From positions 1 to 43,910 of the IMG/VR virus record IMGVR_UViG_3300045988_040029: DNA of 43,910 bases. One strand, 5' to 3'. Numbering within the stretch: position 1 is the stretch's first letter; each line of letters starts with the position of its first letter. The notes under the pieces are model-generated. The model was not told the DNA's origin. It ran no database searches and saw only the letters and a list, made by a program, of their open reading frames with translations. The position numbers and the translations under genes are program-made. The stretch is from a virus. Of the stretch, positions 33,421 through 40,089 are shown in pieces.

Positions 33421-33657
33421 TTACATTACTTCCAGAATCTCACTCTCTGGAAAACTTAATTTTTTAAAAATTTTCATCAGCTCCGGATATGTAAAGAACT
33501 CCGGATGATTCTTTTTCCTCTTAAATGTCTCCGGATGGATCCCAAGCATGGCAGCCATCTGATTTGTTGTGATCTGTTCGGCATCCATTCTTGCCTGAAT
33601 CATACCGGACAGGAGACGCTTCTTTTTATTCTCTTCCGTTAATTTAATGACTGGCAT
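33421..33657 (-). CDS. Small HTH protein (early regulator candidate)
   Basis: 78 aa with the SD GGAGGGAAAG. ITTNQMAAMLGIHPETFKRKK is HTH-like. Confidence 0.5.
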   Translation of the reverse strand: MPVIKLTEENKKKRLLSGMIQARMDAEQITTNQMAAMLGIHPETFKRKKNHPEFFTYPELMKIFKKLSFPESEILEVM

Positions 33658-33737
33658 TTTCTTTCCCTCCGTGTTATACTGTTACTGATAATACTTTGCT
33701 TGTTCCCCGACTGGTTGCTGCCTGAGGGGAACTTTTT

Positions 33738-33839
33738 CTATTTCTTCCCGATGCTTTCGATGATGCACCAGATGATGGATGCTCCGATCTCTACCAGGAT
33801 CGCGGCTCCAACACCGCACCAGAAATCCGGTATGCACAT
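33738..33839 (-). CDS. Tiny hydrophobic peptide ORF (33 aa)
   Basis: The ATG lies 1 nt after the upstream stop and has the SD AAGGTGA: MCIPDFWCGVGAAILVEIGASIIWCIIESIGKK. Confidence 0.3.
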   Translation of the reverse strand: MCIPDFWCGVGAAILVEIGASIIWCIIESIGKK

Positions 33840-33840
33840 C

Positions 33841-34104
33841 TCAATCACCTTCTTTCAGTACGCATACGCCATTGGATACGTGCCCGACTTTCCACATGAT
33901 CAGTTTTCCATTGCCTTTTATCATCATGTAATCTGGTGGAAAACAGACAAACTCAGGATCACTGTAGATTCCTACAATGGCTTTCTCCTCCGTACTGCAA
34001 AGATGCCTTGCCAGCTTGTAGATCTCTCTGGCTGTTTCTTTCTGGTACTGATACTCGAATTCTGCACCATCCGGTAGTATGCGTGTCATTACTGCAAGCC
34101 ACAT
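33841..34104 (-). CDS. Hypothetical protein
   Basis: The ATG at 34104 has the SD AGGTGA. 87 aa. Confidence 0.55.
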   Translation of the reverse strand: MWLAVMTRILPDGAEFEYQYQKETAREIYKLARHLCSTEEKAIVGIYSDPEFVCFPPDYMMIKGNGKLIMWKVGHVSNGVCVLKEGD

Positions 34105-34113
34105 ATAGATCAC

Positions 34114-34314
34114 CTATTTTCCCGAAATTTCATCCAGATACTTTCTGATCTTCGTAATGTTCCATAATACCCTACGACCTACATAGATCCTTGCACCTGC
34201 TGCAATACCGATTTCCACGGCCGACTGCCGACCACAATTCAAGAGAGATTGTAACTTTGCCGTGTCCACCGTCAGTTCCTCAAAAGAAATATCTGTCGTT
34301 CTTGTCTTTCTCAT
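34114..34314 (-). CDS. Excisionase-type / MerR-like HTH protein
   Basis: The ATG at 34314 has the SD AAAGGAG. LTVDTAKLQSLLNCGRQSAVEIGIAAGARIYVGRRVLWNITKIRKYL is the HTH_17-like pattern. Confidence 0.5.
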   Translation of the reverse strand: MRKTRTTDISFEELTVDTAKLQSLLNCGRQSAVEIGIAAGARIYVGRRVLWNITKIRKYLDEISGK

Positions 34315-34318
34315 TTTT

Positions 34319-34462
34319 CTACGCTCCTTTCTGCTGTTCCTGTTTCTCACCTGCTATCAGCATACCCTGCATTATGCCGAGCAGGTACATCTGATTTTCT
34401 CTTGGTAACTTAGGAATTTCCTTGGTTACGTCACGGATCAGATTCTGCTTGATTCTTTCCAT
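34319..34462 (-). CDS. Small ORF (47 aa), below the track threshold
   Basis: The ATG at 34462 has the SD AGAGGTGA: MERIKQNLIRDVTKEIPKLPRENQMYLLGIMQGMLIAGEKQEQQKGA. Confidence 0.4.
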   Translation of the reverse strand: MERIKQNLIRDVTKEIPKLPRENQMYLLGIMQGMLIAGEKQEQQKGA

Positions 34463-34539
34463 ATTCTCACCTCTTTCTGCCCTGTCTCATTAGTACGGGT
34501 GGGGCAGTTCCCGTAGACGGTCATTACTGACCGTTTCGA

Positions 34540-34743
34540 CTATCCGTTTATTATTGCGTTTATGCTATCCCATGCCTGCTGATAACTTCTTAATACTTCG
34601 CCCCTGTGTGGGCCTGCAGGAATAACAGAACCCCACTTCGGAGTACTAATTCTATCAGTTATCATTTTTTTATCAGGCATATATTTCGCTTTAAATATCC
34701 TGAATGCCTTCATTGTGTTTCGCTTATATTGTTTCTTTGTCAT
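34540..34743 (-). CDS. First early-operon protein, unknown function
   Basis: 67 aa, basic, with the SD GAGGAAGAGGG. It is the first ORF downstream of the leftward promoter. Confidence 0.55.
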   Translation of the reverse strand: MTKKQYKRNTMKAFRIFKAKYMPDKKMITDRISTPKWGSVIPAGPHRGEVLRSYQQAWDSINAIING

Positions 34744-34875
34744 GCCCTCTTCCTCGCTTTCTCTGTCCTCGCTTGTTTTTCTGTGTTATACTCTCCTGTG
34801 AAAGGAGATGATTGCATGGATAATTTTCCTGATCCAGAAACTTTCCTCACCTCTCTTTGATTACCTTGTGAACGT

Positions 34876-34904
34876 AGTATAACACGTTATTAATGCATTG
34901 TCAA
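34876..34904 (-). promoter_or_regulatory. Early (lytic-direction) sigma-70-type promoter with an overlapping palindromic operator
   Basis: The minus strand reads TTGACA-17 nt-TATACT. The -35 is embedded in the palindrome CATTGACAATG. Confidence 0.7.
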
Positions 34905-34937
34905 TGTATTTTTACGTATTATTTTTATTATTTTGCA

Positions 34938-34966
34938 TTGACAACGCATTTAATTATTGATATACT
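34938..34966 (+). promoter_or_regulatory. Promoter of the XRE regulator gene, a mirror copy of the early promoter
   Basis: TTGACA-17 nt-TATACT. The -35 is embedded in CATTGACAACG, and the spacer begins ACGCATTTAAT (the mirror copy has ATGCATTAATA). Confidence 0.7.
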
Positions 34967-34989
34967 TTACTAAGAAAGGAGGTGGTGAT

Positions 34990-35346
34990 ATGAGTGAGCG
35001 CCTTAAAGAATTAAGGAAATATCTTGGACTATCCAGAGATGATTTTGCAAAAAGGCTCGGATTAAAAAGCCGTGGAAAAATCGAAAATATAGAACTTGGT
35101 CGAACGAAACCAGATGATGCTTTTATTAAGTTGATTTGTAATACTTTTAAAGTCAACTATACATGGCTTGTCCATGGATCCGGTGAAATGTTCGAAGACG
35201 ATGACGGCGATGCGCAGGCCATCATCGAAGCAGCACTGAACGGTCAATGCAAGTTTGCGAGAGACACACTCGTCAAGCTGGCGAAAATGGACATAAAATA
35301 CTGGGAAATGCTTGCAGAGATCATTGAGCAACTGAAAAAAGAGTAG
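34990..35346 (+). CDS. XRE-family HTH regulator (repressor candidate adjacent to the switch)
   Basis: The ATG at 34990 has the SD AAGGAGGTGG. LKELRKYLGLSRDDFAKRLGLKSRGKIENIELGRTKP is a classic HTH_3 motif. 118 aa. Confidence 0.85.
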   Translation: MSERLKELRKYLGLSRDDFAKRLGLKSRGKIENIELGRTKPDDAFIKLICNTFKVNYTWLVHGSGEMFEDDDGDAQAIIEAALNGQCKFARDTLVKLAKMDIKYWEMLAEIIEQLKKE

Positions 35347-35349
35347 TCA

Positions 35350-35380
35350 AAAGGGAACCAGCATAATGTTGGTTCCCTTT
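35350..35380. terminator. Bidirectional terminator between convergent genes
   Basis: AAAGGGAACCA-9 nt-TGGTTCCCTTT, an 11-bp perfect stem with A/T runs on both sides. Confidence 0.7.
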
Positions 35381-35394
35381 CTCATAAATATATA

Positions 35395-36447
35395 TTAATC
35401 AGATATAATAATTCCAAGTTTCTCAGCCTGTTCTTTTAATTTCAAGAAGTTCTTTGTATTCATTTTTTTCATTCTCATATACCCTTTCAAAGATTTTGGT
35501 GCCAATTCTGGCAGGAATTCGAGTATTTTATCATATTCTTTTTGGCATTTACCTCTTCGAATGCTGTATTCATAACGTGATTTTAGATTTTCTTGTTGTT
35601 TTTCATAATCTTCTAAATATTTTTGATAATTTTCTATCTGATATTGGGTTCTATCATCTACATAAGGACGATGGCTCATTGCTATTGCATCAGCTTTTTC
35701 CCCTCTGTGGTTTATTTTATCCAAAGACTCCGACCATAAATTCATAGTGCACCGACAATTGTGGTGAAAATTTCCGTGTACTTTTACATAATCTGGGAGT
35801 TTTGGGAACTTCTTATTTTTACCATATACGCTATATACTCTACCTAACATCTTTGCGCATTCAGAACAGCATGGCACTCCTGTGTCTTGGAACAAAACAA
35901 GATCTTCTCCAGTACTATCAATTAGAGAGAAAAGATAATTTTTGTGCCTTAGTGCATTAGAGTCAATTTGACTCATCTGATAAAATTTTCCAAAAGGCGT
36001 ATAGGTTTGTAAAAACTTCCTTGCTTTTTCGGCTTCATCAAACATCCCTAATTCATTGTGATAATAAATAATTCTGTTATAATCTTCGTTGCTCCAGCCA
36101 ATAGATGAATGTAACATAAGCTCTGTGGATTTCCAAAGCATTGCAGAGCATAGCTCTTTTTCATTTCTATCGTGTAGAAGTCGTGCTTTCATTCTTAAAA
36201 CATAATCAAGATTTTTTGTAACATCGTCCACATGATTTGGAAAATTAGGGATTGGGATGTTTCTTATATCCTCAATATTTTGGGTATCATATGTTCTACC
36301 ATCTGAAACAATAAATCTCGTATCATAATAACAATTTTCCAGATCTTCTGATGTTTTATACATGACACCATCTTGAAAAAAGGCTGTTTGTTTTTCTGTT
36401 TCTTTTTGAGAAACCGGTTTTTTGAATAATTTGGCGAAGAGCTTCAT
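35395..36447 (-). CDS. Orphan 350-aa protein with a MuF-type Cys/His motif (lysogeny-region moron)
   Basis: The SD is AAGGAGA. PCCSECAKMLGRVYSVYGKNKKFPKLPDYVKVHGNFHHNCRCTM matches the C..C...G...P.lP...H.NCRC core of MuF/gp7 domains. I do not recognise the N-terminal 190 aa or the C-terminal 100 aa. Confidence 0.7.
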   Translation of the reverse strand: MKLFAKLFKKPVSQKETEKQTAFFQDGVMYKTSEDLENCYYDTRFIVSDGRTYDTQNIEDIRNIPIPNFPNHVDDVTKNLDYVLRMKARLLHDRNEKELCSAMLWKSTELMLHSSIGWSNEDYNRIIYYHNELGMFDEAEKARKFLQTYTPFGKFYQMSQIDSNALRHKNYLFSLIDSTGEDLVLFQDTGVPCCSECAKMLGRVYSVYGKNKKFPKLPDYVKVHGNFHHNCRCTMNLWSESLDKINHRGEKADAIAMSHRPYVDDRTQYQIENYQKYLEDYEKQQENLKSRYEYSIRRGKCQKEYDKILEFLPELAPKSLKGYMRMKKMNTKNFLKLKEQAEKLGIIISD

Positions 36448-36468
36448 AAAATTCTCCTTTTTTTCTTC

Positions 36469-36497
36469 AGTATAGGTTCTTTAAAAAACAAGGTCAA
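36469..36497 (-). promoter_or_regulatory. Own promoter of the 350-aa moron
   Basis: The minus strand reads TTGACC-17 nt-TATACT, about 20 nt upstream of the SD. Confidence 0.65.
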
Positions 36498-36548
36498 TAA
36501 ACAAACGTAAAAAATGGGCCGGGAAGTGATCCACAGCCTATTTTTGTG

Positions 36549-36576
36549 TTGTAATGCCGTTTCCTCATGGTATAAT
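36549..36576 (+). promoter_or_regulatory. Promoter of the TM2 gene (extended -10)
   Basis: TTGTAA-16 nt-TATAAT, preceded by TGG (TGnTATAAT). The palindrome GCTACA-C-TGTAGC at 36585-36597 lies in the leader. Confidence 0.6.
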
Positions 36577-36617
36577 AAAGAAAAGCTACACTGTAGCAAG
36601 AAAGAGAGGGAAAAATT

Positions 36618-36845
36618 ATGGCAAATTATGTTACGTTAACCAGTGACAAGAGTAAGAAGAAAGCGTACTTACTGTGTCTTTTGGGCGGCTGGTTTGGATT
36701 GCATCGTTACTATGTTGGAAAAGTAGGAACTGGTATCCTTTATTCTTTTACATTTGGTTTATTTTTGTTTGGTTGGTTTCACGATGCTAAAATGATAAGA
36801 CGTGGAAAATTTACTGATAACGTGGGTGCATATCTCAGAGGATAA
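36618..36845 (+). CDS. TM2-domain membrane protein
   Basis: 75 aa. LLCLLGGWFGLHRYYVGKVGTGILYSFTFGLFLFGWFHD is the TM2 signature G.fG.HrfY.G....Gi. Confidence 0.8.
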   Translation: MANYVTLTSDKSKKKAYLLCLLGGWFGLHRYYVGKVGTGILYSFTFGLFLFGWFHDAKMIRRGKFTDNVGAYLRG

Positions 36846-36886
36846 AAACCAGAATTGATAACATAAACATACGTGTTGATAACACA

Positions 36887-36920
36887 AAAGCCAGGATTGA
36901 TGTCCTGGCTTTTACTTTTT
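36887..36920. terminator. Bidirectional intrinsic terminator
   Basis: AAAGCCAGGA-TTGATG-TCCTGGCTTT, with T runs on both strands. Confidence 0.75.
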
Positions 36921-37036
36921 CATTTCAGATACAAATACACAAGAAATTTGTAAACTTTCTTGATGATATCAATATCGTCAATCTTATTCAATAATTCAAT
37001 TGTCCAATTTCTGTACTCTTCTGCACTCTCTTTCAT
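36920..37036 (-). CDS. Possible 38-aa ORF
   Basis: The ATG at 37036 has the SD GAGGGTGG: MKESAEEYRNWTIELLNKIDDIDIIKKVYKFLVYLYLK. It ends at the terminator. Confidence 0.3.
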   Translation of the reverse strand: MKESAEEYRNWTIELLNKIDDIDIIKKVYKFLVYLYLK

Positions 37037-37093
37037 TCTTCCACCCTCTCTGGGTGTATACTGAAATAAATTGAAGGGAAGGAGGTGTGCACT

Positions 37094-37387
37094 ATGACCT
37101 ATGAGAAATTTATGACAGTTATACAGGATGACGTCGAAAAGATCTTAAAAGATAATTCTGTAAATATTGCTCAAAGGCTTCTTGAAGATATTGATGAGCC
37201 AATGAGCAAAGAGCAGCTTCAAATCATCCGTAACTCTGTCACTGTTTCTGTTCAGTTATCCGCTCAAATAATTTTCGATTACCTATCTTTGCTCGGAATA
37301 ATTGATTGCCGACATTATTCAGAGCATCATGAGCGGCCTGTTTTAAAAGTAATTCAGGGCGGACATACTGAATCTGACAATGAGTAG
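37094..37387 (+). CDS. Hypothetical protein
   Basis: The ATG at 37094 has the SD GGAGG 8 nt upstream. 97 aa. A hairpin at 37397-37433 followed by a T-rich tract lies downstream. Confidence 0.55.
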   Translation: MTYEKFMTVIQDDVEKILKDNSVNIAQRLLEDIDEPMSKEQLQIIRNSVTVSVQLSAQIIFDYLSLLGIIDCRHYSEHHERPVLKVIQGGHTESDNE

Positions 37388-37614
37388 TATTTTGTAATTG
37401 CTGATCTTGGATCTGTTTTTCGAGGTCAGCAATCCTTTTCTCTATAGAAATAATTCTCTTCTGCATATGCTTGTCCACCATTTTCCCCACTTCCTTTTTT
37501 CTTTCAGTATACAATCCATTTATGTTCACATCATCACCACTTTTCCGGCGGCAGACAGTCTATACAGAAAATCCGCCGCCTTAGCATAGATTGGAAGTAA
37601 TGATGTACTTCCCA

Positions 37615-37767
37615 TCACAACATGTATCCGTGCAGTGCCAGTACACTTCTAATCTGGCAGGATCTCCTCTGGTCTTCCGGTACATAAGTTGATACATAGG
37701 CTATGAGCCTCGATCTTCGTTCTTGCTCTGGTAATGTGTTCAGATACTCCATAATTTTCTTTTCCAT
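37615..37767 (-). CDS. 50-aa ORF divergent from the CI-like gene
   Basis: The ATG at 37767 has the strong SD AAGGGGGA 7 nt upstream: MEKKIMEYLNTLPEQERRSRLIAYVSTYVPEDQRRSCQIRSVLALHGYML. Confidence 0.45.
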   Translation of the reverse strand: MEKKIMEYLNTLPEQERRSRLIAYVSTYVPEDQRRSCQIRSVLALHGYML

Positions 37768-37895
37768 TTTGTTTTCCCCCTTTTCTTATTATCAATAATA
37801 TAATTAATGAACGACCAAAAAATGTGAAAATTTCATAATAATACTTTAAATTTGTTGTCAAAAATGATATTTTTAATGTGAAAGGGGGAAAATAC

Positions 37896-38696
37896 ATGAA
37901 AAAGAAAGGAGAACTAAATCGAATATTGTCGAAAACGCACATTGCAGAATTGGATGATCCTATTATCCTGCGAAACTTTGGTGAGTCTGTGGCGAGATTG
38001 AGAACATCAAGTAAATTGACACAGAGCGATATGGCATACCTGCTCGGCATATCTAAGCAGACTTATATCAGGATAGAGAATGGATCAACGGACAAGATCA
38101 ACATGATCTGTGCAATCAAGATTGCCACTATATTCCACGTTCCTGTCAAAGAATTATGCGGATATGACATGGATGATATGAATTTGTACAATAGTATGAT
38201 ACAGGCTACGGGTCGAACGAGGCGCCTGATTGCATCTATCCTGAGAATAGATGCAGAAGGCCAGAAACGCATGCAGTCACATATCGAGGGAAATGAATAC
38301 ATGATTGACTGTTTATCCTGCGCCAACGATCTGAGGGATGGCGTTGCAGCAGACCGCTTCTATCACAAAATGGTCAATATCTCAGAATACCGTACACAAT
38401 CCTGGTATCGTGATGCTGATGCAATTATTGAAGTGAATTCCAATGCTTACGTTCCTCTCTACCACAATGGGGATAAACTGGTCATATCCTGTAGAACACC
38501 GCAGGATGGCGATATAGGCATTTTTATTCGCGATGGGAAGTTTTATCTGCGTAAATATGTATCGGCTGATAATTACGCATTTCTTGAGCTTCTGACGCAT
38601 GACGACAGTAGCAATCCATTCTTCGCACTTGGAAAGAAGGACAGAGTCGAGTTGGAGCACTGGACAAAATTTGGTGTGGTTCTCGAAGTGATCTAA
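37896..38696 (+). CDS. CI-like repressor: XRE HTH plus a LexA/S24-like C-terminal domain
   Basis: The ATG at 37896 has the SD AAGGGGGA. The HTH is LTQSDMAYLLGISKQTYIRIENG. The C-terminal EVNSNAYVPLYHNGDKLVI...GIFIRDGKFYLRKY resembles the S24 Ser/Lys fold. Confidence 0.75.
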   Translation: MKKKGELNRILSKTHIAELDDPIILRNFGESVARLRTSSKLTQSDMAYLLGISKQTYIRIENGSTDKINMICAIKIATIFHVPVKELCGYDMDDMNLYNSMIQATGRTRRLIASILRIDAEGQKRMQSHIEGNEYMIDCLSCANDLRDGVAADRFYHKMVNISEYRTQSWYRDADAIIEVNSNAYVPLYHNGDKLVISCRTPQDGDIGIFIRDGKFYLRKYVSADNYAFLELLTHDDSSNPFFALGKKDRVELEHWTKFGVVLEVI

Positions 38697-38730
38697 TTGT
38701 TGGATCAAATCTATAAGGAGGGAAAAGGAA

Positions 38731-39822
38731 TTGGCAACAGCAAAGAAATTACCGTCTGGCAGCTGGAGATGTCGTGTGTACTCTCACACGGAAGAAATTC
38801 AGCAACCAGACGGGACTATAAAGGAAAAGAAGATCTATAAGTCGTTTACGTGTGACGATCCATCAGCAAAAGGAAAAAGGATCTGTGAAGCAGAAGCTGC
38901 AGCATGGGCGGCAGAAAAAACAAAAGAAGTAAGGTACCATAGTATGACTTTTAAGGAAGGATTAGAATCCTATGTAGCATCCAGAAATCAGATTCTGTCC
39001 GCATCCACGTTAAGAGAATACAAAAGATACGTTAAAAATGGAATACCTACACTGGATAATATTAAAATTGATGATATTACCCAGCAAGACATACAGAAAG
39101 CTATTAATCTGTATGCGGCCACGCACGCACCTAAAACTGTGAAAAATTATCACGGTGTGATTACTGCGGTAATGGGAATATATCGACCCAACTTCCGGAT
39201 CAATACGGCTCTGCCGCAAAGAAGAAAAGCAAACCTGTACATACCAACGGATGATGAGGTTGCAGCTATCCTTAATTATGTCCAAGGAACTCAGATGGAG
39301 ATACCGGTAATGCTTGCCGTATTTGGTCCCATGCGTCGTGGGGAGATCTGCGGCCTTACCACAGATTATATCCGTGGAAATCGGGTACATGTATACTGGA
39401 ACTTAGTGAAAGGGCCAGACAATCAGTTGGTCAAGAAAGCGCCAAAAAGTGTGGCTGGTGATCGCTTTATAACATATCCTCAGTTTGTGATGGATAAATT
39501 AAGCGAATGCAAGGGAAATGTTACTGATATGACGCCAGCCGCCATCACAATGGCATTTGACGATGTATTAAAAAACCTTGGTATAAAACATTTTCGTTTC
39601 CATGATCTCCGGCATTATTGCGTATCTACTATGCACAAGATCGGCATACCAGATGCAGACATTATTGTGCGTGCCGGATGGTCCTCTGTATCTGTGTTGC
39701 ACAACATATATTTGCATGCTACACAAGACAAAATAGCGGAGATGGATCGCACCACCAACCGATATTTTGCCGAACTATATGACACGAAATATGACACAAG
39801 TTCAAAAAATGCTGATAAATAA
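38731..39822 (+). CDS. int: Phage integrase (tyrosine recombinase with an AP2-like arm-binding N terminus)
   Basis: It uses a TTG start after AAGGAGG. The N terminus is KLPSGSWRCRVY. Catalytic motifs are PMRRGEICGL, RFHDLRHY and AGWSS...IYLH. Confidence 0.9.
   Translation: MATAKKLPSGSWRCRVYSHTEEIQQPDGTIKEKKIYKSFTCDDPSAKGKRICEAEAAAWAAEKTKEVRYHSMTFKEGLESYVASRNQILSASTLREYKRYVKNGIPTLDNIKIDDITQQDIQKAINLYAATHAPKTVKNYHGVITAVMGIYRPNFRINTALPQRRKANLYIPTDDEVAAILNYVQGTQMEIPVMLAVFGPMRRGEICGLTTDYIRGNRVHVYWNLVKGPDNQLVKKAPKSVAGDRFITYPQFVMDKLSECKGNVTDMTPAAITMAFDDVLKNLGIKHFRFHDLRHYCVSTMHKIGIPDADIIVRAGWSSVSVLHNIYLHATQDKIAEMDRTTNRYFAELYDTKYDTSSKNADK
39777..39797 (+). repeat. 21-bp direct repeat ATATGACACGAAATATGACAC (arm-type Int site candidate, left)
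   Basis: An exact copy lies at 39981-40001. Each copy contains two ATATGACAC 9-mers. Confidence 0.8.
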
Positions 39823-39831
39823 AGGTTTTTT

Positions 39832-39859
39832 CACTGCGGATAACAGGACTTGAACCCGT
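39832..39859 (-). other. attP core candidate: 3' end of a tRNA gene (T arm plus acceptor)
   Basis: The minus strand reads ACGGG-TTCAAGT-CCTGT-TATCCGC-A, which is a T stem-loop plus 3' acceptor strand and discriminator. There is no anticodon arm upstream, so this is a fragment. Confidence 0.6.
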
Positions 39860-39980
39860 TTAAGATGCTTTACGAAAATGGCTTAAATACGGCATTTTAT
39901 CGTAAACCCGCATAAATGCTATATTTTTTTGTGCTCTATCGTATTAAATATGTTGTGCAAAAAGCATATTCAATGTAACG

Positions 39981-40001
39981 ATATGACACGAAATATGACA
40001 C
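39981..40001 (+). repeat. 21-bp direct repeat, right copy
   Basis: Identical to 39777-39797, on the other side of the tRNA fragment. Confidence 0.8.
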
Positions 40002-40013
40002 GATACGTCATGA

Positions 40014-40045
40014 AAGAAAGGATAGGTTTTGTCCTATCCTTTCTT
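40014..40045. terminator. Bidirectional terminator between integrase and endolysin (convergent)
   Basis: AAGAAAGGATAGG-TTTTGT-CCTATCCTTTCTT, a 13-bp perfect stem. Confidence 0.75.
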
Positions 40046-40089
40046 ATTATAATATCAGCATTTTTTTAAGTATTTGGAAGAACAGAAGC

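Noticed and set aside
34606-34860. 84-aa plus-strand ORF spanning the first early gene and the switch leader
   Set aside because: It is antisense to 34540..34743, has no SD, lies upstream of the plus-strand promoter, and has a hydrophobic low-complexity translation.
37239-37529. 96-aa minus-strand ORF overlapping the 3' half of 37094..37387
   Set aside because: It has a GTG start with no SD. Only its internal ATG (MVDKHMQKR...) has a weak SD, and half of the ORF is antisense to a plus-strand ORF that has a good SD and a downstream hairpin. I cannot exclude a short real peptide, but I do not call it.
37649-38050. 133-aa minus-strand ORF crossing the CI-like gene start and its control region
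   Set aside because: It runs through the promoter and SD region and the 5' end of the CI-like gene, and its translation is Phe/Leu/Ile-rich junk. A different frame holds the better-supported 50-aa ORF, 37615..37767.
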